Assembly: GCA_951406725.2 (NCBI GenBank)
Contig: OX597832.1
Coordinates: 40,052,001 to 40,116,000 of the forward strand
Length of the DNA: 64,000 nt
Direction: 5' to 3'
Source: Octopus vulgaris
Lineage: Eukaryota
Position numbers and translations under genes: made by a program. Below, piece by piece: positions 1 to 13,575 of this stretch. Below the pieces are notes generated by a model that saw only the letters and a list, made by a program, of their open reading frames with translations, made no database searches and was not told the DNA's origin. Each line of letters starts with the position of its first letter. Position 1 is the first letter of the stretch.

Positions 1-19
1 TGCCCACGTAAAAAAACAA

Positions 20-82
20 ACTATATGGACACATACATCCATCATAAATTTACGTATACACACACAATGAAACATGTGTGCA

Positions 83-130
<48 letters not shown>

Positions 131-239
131 ATCATATGTATATATATATATATGAGAACATACACAGTCATATATATATATATATGAGAACATTATATAT
201 ATATATATATATACACACATATATGGGAACATACACAGT

Positions 240-291
<52 letters not shown>

Positions 292-350
292 AATATACAT
301 AATCACACACAGTCCCACATACTCCAAAGCATGCACATATACACACAAAC
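20..350. repeat. (TA)n/(CA)n compound microsatellite
   Basis: Runs of tatata and cacaca; they account for the YIYI-type ORFs at 25-444. Confidence 0.95.
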
Positions 351-619
351 ACGCACTGCACACAAAGCAATTATAAAACAAAGTTTGAATATTTTGATAG
401 ATTCATTGTTTTGTTTTATATATCGTTGCTTTTCCTCTCAATAGATTTATTATTATTTTATTATGACGATTATTATTATTATTATCAACAAAATTATTTA
501 TTGTTTGTTTCTTGAAACTTCTGATTCTTTCTTCGCTTCTTCCTTCCTCGAATGTCTCGTCCCGTTCTTATCTTCGAAACAGAAGCACCACCTCCACCAT
601 TCTTCAATCTTTGCTATGG

Positions 620-995
620 GTGATAGTTGTTATTTAGTCCCCCAGTCAGCTCTGCTTGGAACATTTGATCAGAAGTATTTCAGCCGTGACCATCCCGTCT
701 TTTTTGGGGGCTATTTAGTCTACATTGCTCTGTCTCTCTCTCTAAGACGGTTGGATGTGATTCGAAGGTTTTGCTTCCCCTTGTTGGGTGGTGGTTGACA
801 TAGTTGGTGTGGTTATTTAGCACCAGGTCAGTCCTGCTCGATCAGGCATATTAATCAAAGACATTCAAATCGTGACCACTACGTTTTTTTATCCAGATAA
901 ACTGTATCTAGGGATATGTTCTTATTTCTAAAACGATAGAGTATGATCTGAAGATAATATGGTATCTATAAGCTGGTCGAGCGACTGTAGAGATG
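620..995 (+). repeat. Two copies of an old dispersed repeat (family 'O', unclassified SINE-like or MITE-like)
   Basis: Motif chain gttatttagcccc-ggtcag...gatcaaag-cattccagccgtgaccatcccgtc...gtgtgatttgagggagatttggctgctatttctagcag. Diverged copies occur at about 1365, 5340(-), 5820, 11750, 20000(-), 27900(-), 34640, 37190(-), 51170, 53220(-), 56680, 62930(-) and 63540(-). Confidence 0.75.
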
Positions 996-3211
996 ATGCT
1001 TTAATTAAACTCATGTAACACAGATAAAGGAGTTTTCATGAGGCTCGAAATATTTGTGAAATGAAATAAAAGGCTTTAAGTAAGGATTGAAACCTCGTCA
1101 CGAGTTTGCTTGGTGGTAATTTGCTATACATTATATCATACCCTCAATTTATGATAATTGATTTCTTACAACACGGAAGGGGAAGTGGGGATGTTGTGGC
1201 GGTCAAGCTTTTCCTTCTGGACAGCTTTAGCCTTGTGTGTATGTGTGAAATAAAATAATCTTCGGAATGAAATGAAAACTGGGTCGCGGTTTCGACTCAC
1301 TAGATTTATTTTTTTCTTCTTGCTTATGCGGCATTCGAATTATAATTTTTCAAGTTAAGATTGTTGTTGCTATTTAGCACCAGATTGGCTTTGATTGAGC
1401 AGATTCTTTGGCCAGACATGTTTCTAGCCGTCAACATCTTGTCTTTTCTTTTTTTTTTAAACCTATAGACCACATCCTCCAGTTGGTTTTTTTGTTCTCT
1501 CTTTTAACAGAGTAGAGTGACTGCTTCTCTTTATCGGTTTTGGTACTACTACTACAATTCTTTCGGCTTCTCTTGACCAGTTTCAAATTGAATCTCTTTT
1601 GTAGCTTTGTCACTTAACGCCATTCGGAATCTCTTTTGCAAGGAGGACACTTATGAAGAGGGTTCTGAGGGGATCGGATGTAAAAAAAAACAACTGGAAG
1701 TTGTAACATTCATACATCTCTGTTAAGACATTAAACAAACCGAGAGTAACTGAAAGTGCTTTCAACTGTTTGTGTGAATCGAGTCAGTTCGGGGTTTCTT
1801 TGTGTTTGTTTCTCGATATTCAGACAAGTTGCCAGGATATGGAGCCAATTAGGGAACCTCGAGATGTACCTGATCGCTCACCTGCTTGAAATAATTGCTA
1901 AATTTCCTATAAACAATATCCTACGGTCTCCCTTTTTTAAAGGACACATTAGATATTGATTTAGTTCGAGATAATAATAATAATAATAATGGTTTAAAAT
2001 TTTGTCACAAGGGCAGCAATTTTGGGGGCGGGGATGTGTCGATCACATTGACCCCAGTGTTTCACTGGTACTTAATTTATCGAACCCCCGAGGCAAAGTC
2101 GACCTCGGCGGAATTTTTCATTATGGTAATAATTAAAAGACAGGATGATCTCGGCTAGAATATCTTTGACTATAGATCTGTCTTCTCGTTCGTTCAGAGC
2201 TAAGCAAACTTAACCGACTGCTATAGGAGAGAGATAATACCTTGTAGTTAAGCTAATTAATAACCGTGACCAACTGATGGGGGTTTTTCCCTCCATTACT
2301 AAAGCAATCCCTGTCCATCATCAATAAAACTCCACGTTTGCAAAGTGTAATTAATGTCGTGTGTCTCCTTTACATTCGATAGCCATCCAACGAAACATTT
2401 TCTTCCTTGTTTTCATAACAGACTAGCTTTAAAACTATTCCACACACATATTACCTCTAATCTAGGCCTGTTTTTCTTCATGCTAGTCGAGCTTAACTCT
2501 AACTTCTATTTAACCAGCATCCTAGATGTCTTTCTCTTATCTTGTCTTTTGCTCCAAACACATTGGGATATACACAGACACATGTCTGTGCATTAGGCAA
2601 TTCGCTTAATATTCATGATCATGAGTTGTATAATTTTATGCGCCGTTTTTCGCACACACACACATACATACACACACGTGTGTGTGTGTGTTTGTCTGCT
2701 TTCTCTGACATAACGGAAACTATTGAAAGAGACACTTGTCTACTCGGCACCGTTTGACTTAGTAAATTTAGTACACGCACACGTGTATGTTTACTCACAA
2801 CTTTTAGTCTTCCAGAATGAAAAACATAACATCTTTGTCATCTTATATTAATTTTTGTTATTGGAGGATATGCTAAACATTCGAGGGATATACTAAACAG
2901 GGAAATAGGGTCCCACTCCCCTCTCTATCTGTGTATCTACGTGTAAAATGGGTGGGAATAGGGGTCAGTTCTCAGTATATATCTCTTATTATAATATATA
3001 TATATTTGCGTATAATTATTAATTTTAGGCGTGGAAGTAGGAACACGAAGTTGCGATGAATGAAAAGTTCAGTTTCGAATATATATTTATTCATTTTAAA
3101 CTTGAATTTAGATTTCAGTTGCTGATGAGATGACGGATATTTTTGTATAAACGTTTAATAGATCCACCTTGGAATCGTCCGATAGTTATTTAAATCTTTT
3201 AAAATATTATA

Positions 3212-3620
3212 TTACTCTTTCTCTTTTACTCTTTTACTTGTTTCAGTCATTTGACTGCGGCCATGCTGGAGCACCGCCTTTAATCGAGCAACTCGACCCC
3301 GGGACTTATTCTTTTTGTAAGCCCAGTACTTATTCTATCGGTCTCTTTTGCCGAACCGCTAAGTGACGGGGACATAAACACACCAGCATCGGTTGTCAAG
3401 CAATGCTAGGGGGACAAACACAGACACACAAACACACACACGCATATATATATATATATATACATATATACGACGGGCTTCTTTCAGTTTCTGTCTACCA
3501 AATCCACTCACAAGGCTTTGGTCGGCCCGAGGTTATAGTAGAAGACACTTGCCCAAGGGACTGAACCCGGAACCATGTGGTTGGTAAACAAGCTACTTAC
3601 CACACAGCCACTCCTGCGCC
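3212..3620 (-). mobile_element. Young tRNA-derived SINE, family A (CORE-like module, internal TA/TG microsatellite)
   Basis: The minus strand starts ggcgcaggagtggctgtgtggtaag (A box) and ggttcagtcc (B box), then ccttgggcaagtgtctt (CORE-like), and ends in gtaaaaga repeats. It is near-identical to the copies at 38070, 40029, 45654, 53488, 61125 and 63074. Confidence 0.92.
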
Positions 3621-4217
3621 TATATATGTGTGTGTGTATGTATGAACGTATATGTGTGTGTGTGTGATCTTGGAAGCACTATGGGTGTGTACTTATGTCC
3701 CTCTGCATAATGACACATCTGATATATTTATATTCTACTAAATAAACATCAGCCACTGCTAGAAACTGCTGTTAATCATTAAACATCTCGTCCTTTTCGT
3801 GGACACACAATTCTCAAAACCTCAACCGCATTTCGCATTCATACGCACCTATTAACCGAAGAAAAGCAGCATATGTAATCCTCCGTCTCGGTTTAATTAC
3901 TGCTTTGTCATACTTTACTTATATATATATAGTATATGGCATAGAATAAATTATAATTGTATGTATATAGATAGATGGAATAACAGATGTTAATACGCCA
4001 CAGATGAGGATGATGAGTAGGAGGAGCACTGCGCTCGTTGACTCGGGCATTATCCACAATCGAACCCAGTCGGGTCCTCAGAGGTAGTTTCTGTCGAAGA
4101 TACATGTCTGGGGAAATGTGTTACTGGTTCGGCCGAAATGAATTATTGCATTGTACTGTGGCAGCGAGCACTTCTTCACCCGCTCTCTCTCTCTCTGTCT
4201 CTCTCTCTCTCACACAC

Positions 4218-4845
4218 AGCCATTAGATTGCGTCCACACTGGAGCTTGGTTTTGAAGAATTTTAGTCGAACGAATCAACCCAGTTCTTACGTTTTAAGCC
4301 TGGTACTTATTAAGTCGATCTATTTTGCCGAACTGCTACTTAACTGGGATGTAAACACACCAACACCGGTTGTCAAGCTGCGCTGGGGGCATGGGGCACA
4401 CACACACACACACACACACACACGCAGCCATTAGATTGCGTCCACACTGGAGCATGGTTTTGAAAAATTTTAGTCGAACGAACCAACCCAGTTCTTACAT
4501 TTTAAGCCTGGTACTTTATTCAGTCGATCTGTTTTGCCGAACCGCTAGATTACTGGGACGTAAACACACCAACACCGGTTGTCAAGCTGCGCTGGAGCAT
4601 GGGGCACACACACACACACACAGCCATTAGATTGTGTCCACACTGGAGCATGGTTTTGAAGAATTTTAGTCGAACGAATCAACCCAGTTCTTACGTTTTA
4701 CGCCTAGTACTTTATTCAGTCGATCTGTTTTGCCGAACCGCTAGTTAACTGGGACGTAAACACACCAACACCGGTTGTCAAGCTGCGTTGGGGCACACAG
4801 ACACACACACACACACACACGACGCGCTTCTTTCAGTTTCTATCT
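4218..4845 (-). repeat. Tandem triplication of an ~200-bp 3' module of an older family-A SINE
   Basis: cagccattagattgcgtccacactggagc...gtcaagctgcgctgg recurs at about 4218, 4425 and 4621, and each unit ends in (CA)n. Confidence 0.9.
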
Positions 4846-6609
4846 GTACATAAGGACCATATAGTTTGTTTGCCTCCTCTGTATTGCTTCAGTGCACGTA
4901 GCCCTTATTTAACCACACACACGCATACATCCCTGGTGGTATATCTCCTGCATAATTTAGGGAGAGAGAGAGAGAGAGAGACTGCTTGGCTTGTTTTGTG
5001 AACGAGCTTGCCTAACCTACCTGTATCTTTTCTTTGAGGTAGTTCAGGAAACTATGTTTTTGTGTGTGTCTGATGAAAGTTTAAAAATGCTCATCCTCTC
5101 TTTTCTCTCTCTCTCTCTCTCGCTCCATGAAGAATATATTCTTGGCTTCATCTTTGAAAAATCTTAAAGCATTCTTTGTGTTCGTTTTGTTGTTATTGAT
5201 GGAACCTAAACTTCCTCATTCTTCTATGATTGGGTCTTAACACTTCTGCTGCTACGTCTTATACTACGTCTACTATATAATATAGTTAACGTGTGTCTGT
5301 GTGTGTGTGTGTGTGTGTGAGCTCCCATTTGTTTGTCTTTGTAACATACTAGAAATAGCAGCCAAATCTCCCTCATATCACACAATTTCCGTTTCGAAAA
5401 GGGAAAAGACATCTGATAATGTCAAGATATAGTAAGAGAGAGAGAGAGAGAGAAACAAAGTGTTCAAGAGTGCAACGTCTGATCATAGGTTTGCTCATTT
5501 AGAGTTAACTGACCTGGGGTTAAACAAAACTACTACTACTGTTACTACTACTACTACTATTCACTGTCGTAAGGTAAACTCGCGGTTAGTGGGAGTTCGT
5601 GACCGGGTTTTTTTTTAATGTTTTCCCCCGGTTTATAAGCCATCGTTCTGCTTAAATGTGGGTCGCTATTTCCATCCGAGGAAATGATTAGCGACGAACA
5701 TTCTTCTAACATATGAGATTTTGTTTGTCGGTCAGTAAGGTATCAAGTGTTCGGCTGTGACCACCCCTATCGATTTGTCGGAATCAAGGGGTTACATTGA
5801 TAAAATGCTAATTTCCTGGTGTTGTTTAACTCAATGTTAGTAGTCCCTGACCTCGCAGAGCTATAGTCGAAGGCGTTTCAACCGTGACTCTCTCGTCTCT
5901 ATATAATTGCATTGCCCAAGAATTTCTTCATTTAAGACGATAGGAGAGTGGATTTGACCGCGATTTCCAGATCTACCCTAGTTGCTTGTATATTGTCTTT
6001 GTTTTGAGTCTATTAGTGGTTGATTTGAAGGAGATTTGGCTTCTATTTCTAGCATTCAAGTGATTGCATCGACTCGATTCTTGCGTTGGGGATTTATTGT
6101 CAGACAAGACTATACTTTATAATCAACACAAATCCTGTGTTGAGAGTTCAAATCGAAGTTGTTCTTCATTCTCTTGGTAATCGATAGATCACTGTTGCTT
6201 TGCCGGATGTGTACACCTTGTCCTGTAAAAAGGGAAGAGGGTTTGGCTTAGAGGCGAAATGAAATATATCGGTCACTTCGGTGTAGCAAGATCAAATATT
6301 TGAAGGGAATGGACGAAGGTTTATTTGCTCGGATCATCTTATGTACACACCTTATGTGTTTATTTAGATGTATCATCTCCGAAGAAATGAAGAGCAAAGT
6401 CTTCTGTCATTCCATTAACGTCTAACGCTGATATTTGATTGGTATTTTATTGTATCGACCTAGGAAGAACGAGGGTTGAACTAAGCTTAATTCGAACCCA
6501 GAAGTGTTGCTATAAACCATTTAGTCTTAACTATTCTTCCATTCCTCAATTCTGGTGGATTTGATCTCGGAAACGTAAAGAGACAGCATTAATGATGATA
6601 TATATTTTT

Positions 6610-6940
6610 TACCTTTTACTTTTTAGCCATTGGGCTGTGGCCATGCTGAGGCACCACATTGAAGGGTTTAGTCGGATAAATTGACCCTAGTACTTCTAAT
6701 AAGCACTAGGTCTAGTGCTTATTCTTTTGCCGAACTGCTAAGTTACGAGGTTGTCAGGTGGTGGTTCGGGACATACACATGACGGGTTTCACGCAGTTTC
6801 CGTTTACCAAATTCATTCGCAAGGCATTGGTCGGTCCGGGGCTATAGTAGAACCCACTTGCCCAAGGTGTTACGTAGTGGCACTGAACCCGAAACCACAT
6901 GCTTGTAAAGCGAGATTCGTAATTATACAGTCATACCTGT
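6610..6940 (-). mobile_element. Older, diverged family-A SINE
   Basis: Same motif order as the young copies (ggccatgctg...ccgaactgctaag...cacttgcccaagg...gaacccgaaaccac) with many substitutions. Confidence 0.8.
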
Positions 6941-8524
6941 GCTTTACAAGTTTTTTTATATGGTACCATAATTGAAAGGAAGATGAGGTGGGATATTTTG
7001 TTCTCTGCTTTTCTTCCGGGAACAAGGAGAAAAAAAACAGCAGCCAGGTGGTAGTTCGACCACCCGTCGTTATTTTAACTGAAGGTCGGTCCTGACTGGA
7101 CAAATTCTGTTATCACAGGCGTGACCATTCTATCTTATTCTCGTAGGTATTGCATATGGTCTTAATCGATCGACCAACTGAAATCGCCACCTTTTATATA
7201 GATATATAAAAAAATCGTTTTTAACATCTATTTTTCCATGCTTGCATACGTCGGACGGAGTTTATGGAGACGAATTTTCTACAGCTAGATGTCCTTCCTA
7301 CAGCCAATCCTCACCTGTTTGTTTCCAAGCAAGGTAATATTTTCCCAATGGTCAGACATGTCTTCACAGAATATTGGAAACGAATGACACTATTTGTGTA
7401 ACGGTGCACACTCACAACCACCGCGCGATCTCACGACAGACACATATACATCAGAACAGGCTTCTTTCAGTTTCGACGGGGCTAGACACCTTTGCCCAAG
7501 GTGCCATGCAGTAGGACTGAACCCGGAACCATGGTTGTTGGGAAGCAAATTTAACCACACACACACACACATTTTCTGGGTCACATAGGAAGGGCCGTTT
7601 TTATTTTTTTATCACTGTTGTTTGCAATTAAGGTTTCGACTTGTTAGCTTTCTCAATTTCTATTCAATTATAATTTTCCTCTTTCCCCCTTTTTCCTTCC
7701 CCGAAACAGACAGAGTAACACAAACTTTTTTTTCCCCCTTTCCTTGGTTGTCTCTCTGTCAGCCTTAAATGAACGAGGTGGGTGTAACTAGCCACTTTCA
7801 AGATATTTCTCCCCCACATCCCTTCTGGTTCACTTTCGTCCAAATCTACGTAAACATTGGTACGAGACAGAAGACTGACAATCAGCCAGTGCCGATGTTT
7901 TCGGATTGATCCTTTCCCCAACCACCCTCTTCATTTACTCCACCACCACCACCCTACCGTGACTCATCCAAACCTCACCCACCCCTACCTAGTTCATTTC
8001 TTTTTACCTCCACTCATCTACCCCCTCCTAAAAATCATTCATACAACTTCATACGTGATGTCACCCCTTTCTCTCCCGTCTCCTTATCTTCTATATCATT
8101 ACTCACAGACGAAGATATCACCTCTTTTTGTTATTGTTATTGTTGTTCCTTCTGATTTTATCGAACACAGCTTTGTTCTCTCGCAGAAAGTGGCGAAAAC
8201 AAGGAATCCGTTATGGAAGGACATAACGGCTGCAATTGTCTCTCTGTCTATTAAAAATAGCAAACAAATCTCACCGTCTTTGTTCTCCTCCAGCCATAAA
8301 CCTGCGCTAACATAAAAGAATTAGCGGGTGGGTTAGTGTTTCCGAATCCATGTCTTAATCAACAGTGAATCACTACTGAAGCGGTTTCTTTATTAACTTG
8401 TCTCTAAAACTGAGTGACAGTTGCTCCAGCTGGTCCGCCACAGTTCGTACGGGGTGTGATTAGGATCACACATTGATACAAGTTCCACTTCTTAATTTGT
8501 GTAAGAAACAATTATATTCTCTCG

Positions 8525-9035
8525 AAAGCGGCGAGCTGGCGGTATCGTTAGCGCACTGTGCTAAAACGTTTAGCGGCTTTTCATTCTTCTGAGTTCAAAT
8601 CCCGCCGAGGTCGACTTTGCCTTTCATCCTTTCGGGGTCGATAAAATAAAGTACTAGTCAAGTTACTTGGGACGATAGTATCGATTAAATCCCTGTCCTC
8701 AAAAAATTGTCGGTCTTCAAATGAGAACCCTTTATTAATCCCACCGCAGTCGACTTTCCCTTTCATCTCTCCGGGGCCGATAAAATACGGTATCAGTCAG
8801 GTACTGGGGTCGAGTTAATCGACAAACCTACTCCTTTCAAAATCGCCAGCCTTGTGCCATAATTAAAATTATCATTAATGTTTAATGGCATTTCGTCCGT
8901 CTTTGCAAATTCTACCAATTTTGCTTTTCATCCTTTCGGGTTCGCCGAAAGAAGTACCAGTTGAGTACTGGGGGTCGATTTAATCGACTTGCTCCCTACC
9001 CTAAAAATTGCAGGCTTTGTGTTTGTAGTTGAAAG
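8525..9035 (+). mobile_element. Cluster of family-B SINE pieces (Meta-like module)
   Basis: Head gcggcgagctggc followed by three copies of tttcatcctttcggggtcgataaa...agtaccag. Confidence 0.8.
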
Positions 9036-9499
9036 GTTTATTATTATTGAGGGTAGAGTGTTAGTAAGTAGTCGTATGTCGTACAAAAGACTTTTGAAAA
9101 TCGGTTCCATTTGTGTTCAAACTAAGCTGGTGTTGGCTCTCTTTTCATTCCTCCTGGGACGATAAGATAACTACCAGTAATATACTTAGTTGATGACAAA
9201 ATTGTCCTTTGTGTCTTTTCAAAGCTTTTTCCTCTCTCTCTCTCTCCTTTGCCATCGGTGTGTCAATATTAAGTTGTGTTGTTATTATTCCTCGTGTCAT
9301 ACACCTCCTCCAATCTGACATTTCACATACAAGAACTTTTAATAAATTGCCTTTTAAAGACAGAAATATTTAATTATTTAAAGGCTTGCTTAAATGCAGG
9401 TATGAAGTTGATAAGCTCTTTTATTTTGAATCCAATCCAACCCAGCCCATCTCTCTCTGTGTCTGTCTCGTTTTTTTGTCTCCGTTCTTTCAAGTGACA

Positions 9500-10026
9500 T
9501 TAACACCTAAACTGTACGCCTTCGTGTCGCCTCATTGAAGAAATGAATCGTTTTATTTCTAGCAGTGTGTGAGGCTGTTGTCTTGTAAGGTGTGGTGGAG
9601 TATTCACATCGTCGGTATTACTACTGTGCCAATTGATGGGGGGGGGGGGACATAGGAGTAAATGTGACAATTAAGGCCAGGTTTGTAAGGGAGCTAACTT
9701 CAGCCCGGCAAGCACCTTGCGCTGGCCAATAAAACATTTACCGACAACAGTTCACACCAGAAAACGTGTGTGGAGTACCATCACTCACCAACACTAATAT
9801 ATATATATACACAAATATATATATGTATGTATATGTATCCCTGGATCCGGCATCGAAGCCTTCGTTCACTTGCCAGAATCAGAAATCTCTAATTAGTCCT
9901 GCCTGACTGTCCGCTCTCGTCTCTCGTTGCAACCCCACCCACCCGACTATCTTTCCCTACTTCGATTGCATTTCCTGTTAACACCACTCGGAATTGCGAC
10001 CAGTCTTCAGTTCAACGTGTGTATGT
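9500..10026 (+). promoter_or_regulatory. Candidate promoter and first non-coding exon
   Basis: Non-repetitive stretch that keeps its CpGs, with two CCAAT motifs (about 9629 and 9726), a G-run, and a possible GTATGT donor at 10021. Inference only. Confidence 0.25.
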
Positions 10027-10814
10027 AATCTATCTCATAATATTCTTATCGTTTTTGGAAATGTTTCATGTTGATAAATGTGTGTTCGCTTGATACATAT
10101 ATATATATAATTAATAATTATTATTATTTTAAATTATGTATATATTTTATATGATATACATATATTATATATGTGTGTATATGTATTTATATATATACTG
10201 TGTATATGTGTGTGTACAGACATCATTTTGTATTTTTGAATTTATGATTGAAAGTTAGTAGTTGTAATAGTGCTTCTTAGTAGTAGTAGTTGTAGTAGTA
10301 GTAGTAGTAGTAGTAGTAATGATGATAATAACAGTGATGACGGTTTTAAAAAAAAAAGTAGTTTCTCTGTCAAATCGATCGATCTAGTCAATCTGATCGG
10401 CTAAGTCATAAAATGCCGACACATATTCCAGAAATTGGGATTGGTTTTTCTTGTATTAACGGACCCTCCCCCCCTTTATATTAAGGCTTTGCTCCTAAAC
10501 TCGCTTATTTCTCCCTTTTTTCTTCCCCCCTGGTAGTCTTCTCTGTCTGCTACATAAACACGCGCACCTTACCGTCACACACACACACACGGGGTCTGAA
10601 TATACATCTTAATTCACAAACACACACACTCACATACATTGATATACACACCACCACACACACACACCTTATCGGACCTACTTATTATTATTCCCCCAGC
10701 CCCTCGCTTTCCACCCACACTCCTACATGGATGGTTTTCCTCATGTACCATCATCCAGTGCTTATTTGCATATAATATATATCTTATCACACCGATACAT
10801 AACATTTATACATA

Positions 10815-10859
10815 TGTATATGTGTGTGTTTGTATGTAGGTAAAGCTGTATGTATGAGC

Positions 10860-10912
<53 letters not shown>

Positions 10913-11070
10913 CACACACACACTTCTGTATATATATATATGTGTGTGTGTGTTTGTATGTGTATGTAGGTAAAGCTGTATGTATGAGCGTGTGTGTGTA
11001 TGTATATATATATATATATATATACACACACTTCTGTATATATATATGTGTGTATATATATATATATATA
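10815..11070. repeat. Tandem duplication of a microsatellite-containing unit
   Basis: gtatgtaggtaaagctgtatgtatgagcgtgtg...(TA)n...cacacttctgta occurs twice. Confidence 0.85.
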
Positions 11071-12768
11071 CCCCTCCCGTCCTTTATTTTATTATGAAAC
11101 TACCGTTTCGAGTCTCCCGCCACTGTGCCTGTTATAATAGAGAGAAAAAAAAAATGCTTTTGGAATTTGTATTATATATGTGTGTGTGTGCCACGTTCCA
11201 ACTAGACTGTGAAGAAGGCCTCAACTGGAAGGAGAAACATTTTTTCACTCATGCCATGCTGAAGTGGTAGCTGGAAATGTCTAGATTCGTGTGTGTAGCA
11301 TTTGGTGGGGTGGCGGGACACCATTTCAACTCGTGGTAGCATCCGGCTATAGCGGGTTGCAGGCGAGGAATGTATAATTAGAATCGTGCGGGCGAATCTA
11401 TAATTATTTATATATATATATTTATATGTATTTATATGTATATTTATATGTATTTATTTCGCTGTGTGTGTGTGTGTATATATATATATATGTATATATA
11501 TATAAAATGCATGTATGTATATTTGCTGTCTATATATTCTAGTTAACCGATTTGGTCAGTGGAAAGATACTGGCAGAAAAATTGTCATCTGCTCTGCAGA
11601 TGACAAAATTTTTGCTTGGGTCAAAGCAAGAATCAGTCAGCTACTCGGTTGGATGTCTGATGTTTCGTTTGGAATTTTACCATTCTTCTGTTCATTTCTC
11701 GCAGTTCCCTACTTTTACCATTTCACTATTAACATCATTGCTGTAGTATTTGTTTAGCCCTTGGTCAGGTCAGATGGCCCCGATTAAAGCAGATCTATGA
11801 ATAAAAGCGTTCCAGCCTTGACCATCCCGTCTTTTTTGTATGTATATCTAAAGAATACATTATCTATGGTGTCCTTCCCCCAATTATTTAGACCACTAGG
11901 GTTGAGAAAGAGAATCTTTTTTTTGGGTTTGTTAGCAGGTCGAACGACGGCGCCGAATCTCCGTCATCGATTCGTTTATTGTAGTAATTTTTTTTTTTTG
12001 GGGTATTTCCTTGAGGTTTAGATTGGTGAATATATCTGTTTAATTGACTTAATGAATGTTCTCGTTTCGTTGATGATATCGCCTCTCCTTCCCCCTTGAC
12101 CCAAACAACCAACCCTGCTACTATTACTGCTTCTACTGCTGCTGCTAGAATTAATGATAGTTTAGTGATCATCATTATCATTATTATTATTATTATTTGT
12201 AGTGTTGGTTATGTTATTTCTGTTGTTATTATTGCGGTGGTAAGTTGTCGGCGAACCGTCCTCTCACGTAAGGTCTCCATTCTCGTTTACAACCGCTTCT
12301 CTCATTCAATATATATATGTACGTTTGCTAATCGCTCTTCTAAAATGCATGAACATCACACATTCCACATTTATTAAAAAAAAAATCAAACAAAAAAACA
12401 AAAAAAACCCCCCTAAAAACTAAAAGCAGAATGGAAAATCTCAGGGTTCATGCATATGTAAGAAGCCATTACAGACATACACACATACACTTATACACAT
12501 ACATTTATACACACAGACACATAAACATATTTCTGATACAGACACACACACACATACACACACAGTTGTGGTGCTGCTGTTGTGTAATGGTTTGGTTCTC
12601 TCTCCCTGCCTCCATCCACACACTTGTATGAAATTATTTGTTTATCTATTTTTATCTGTCTCTGTCAAGACGGAGAACTTAGCAGCATGGAAAATGGTTT
12701 GTTCAGTTAGTCTTCAGAACCGGTTGCCGGTTTTAGCAATGTGGAGGATGTCACTCTCTCTCATTCTT

Positions 12769-12805
<37 letters not shown>

Positions 12806-12825
12806 CTCCCTTTTCTTGTCTGTAG

Positions 12826-12895
12826 TGGGGTAACACTCAGTGGAGACCGTATATTTGCCATCTAACAGCACACACCTTGAATATTCTGGAGATGT
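12826..12895 (+). other. Candidate 70-nt exon, probably untranslated
   Basis: A long pyrimidine tract ends ttttcttgtctgtag at 12825, and a GTGAGT donor starts at 12896. No recognisable protein. Confidence 0.25.
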
Positions 12896-13329
12896 GTGAG
12901 TGTATATGTCTGGATGTCTTTGATGTGTGTAGATGAACATTGCTTTTGTCTGTCGTGTATAGAAACGTCTCAGATTGCCGAAAATGATCGAATATTTCAC
13001 ATTGGTTTTGGCTTTTGAAAATTCTGGCCTGTTCCATCCACACACTTGTATTCCCGTGATTTTTCCTCCATCACTCCCACACGACCAGTCGTAGCCATCA
13101 ACACCATTCTTCCTTTTTCACTCACCACTCATCTCTTTAGATTACTTACATCACTTATTCTTTCCCCCATCTTCCATGACAGTGCATTCATCCAAAAAGA
13201 TATATTTCCGACCCATTACGCGACTTACAGCCGAAGCCCGTAGAATAAGAGGCATTGTTTTTGAGAAGTTTCCTTTCCTCTGCTCTTGTGTAACAGTTGT
13301 TCAACCATGACTTACCACATGACACCATC

Positions 13330-13575
13330 CTGGGCTAAGTCAGCTGCACTCCACTGTATTAATTGCACTGTGTCACACCTTGCTAGCTGCACTCTGCTAC
13401 ACTATGCTACACGTTAGCCATGTCACACTACACTGTCGTACCAACTACAACACACTATGTTGTACAGTGTTCTGTTACCTATATTGCACTACATCAGATA
13501 CCATACCTGATGTACAGTAGTACCTCACCATCACACGTACCACATCAAAATATAATATAGACACTACACTGACTT
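13330..13575. repeat. Degenerate short-period repeat (actgc/actac/cacac units)
   Basis: Recurring tgcactgtgtcacac and ctacactacactg variants. Confidence 0.55.

Noticed and set aside
25-444. Long ORFs rich in YI, HT, VC, N or H runs (also 23578-24002 and 44862-45355)
   Set aside because: They are translations of microsatellites that lack stop codons.
2653-2691. (CA)n-CG-(TG)n palindrome
   Set aside because: Adjacent complementary microsatellites are common in this window and need no special explanation.
3118-3160. CTGATGA...AAACGTT hammerhead-like motif
   Set aside because: The G of GAAA is missing and the stems are weak; at best a very decayed relic.
3393-3587. Recurrent ORF family (MSSNARGTNTDTQ..., ...EDTCPRCHAVGLNPEPCGW)
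   Set aside because: It recurs only because it is read from family-A SINE copies; frames and stops vary between copies.
7857-8315. 152-codon ORF
   Set aside because: Non-ATG start, pyrimidine-rich low-complexity composition and no splice or domain support.
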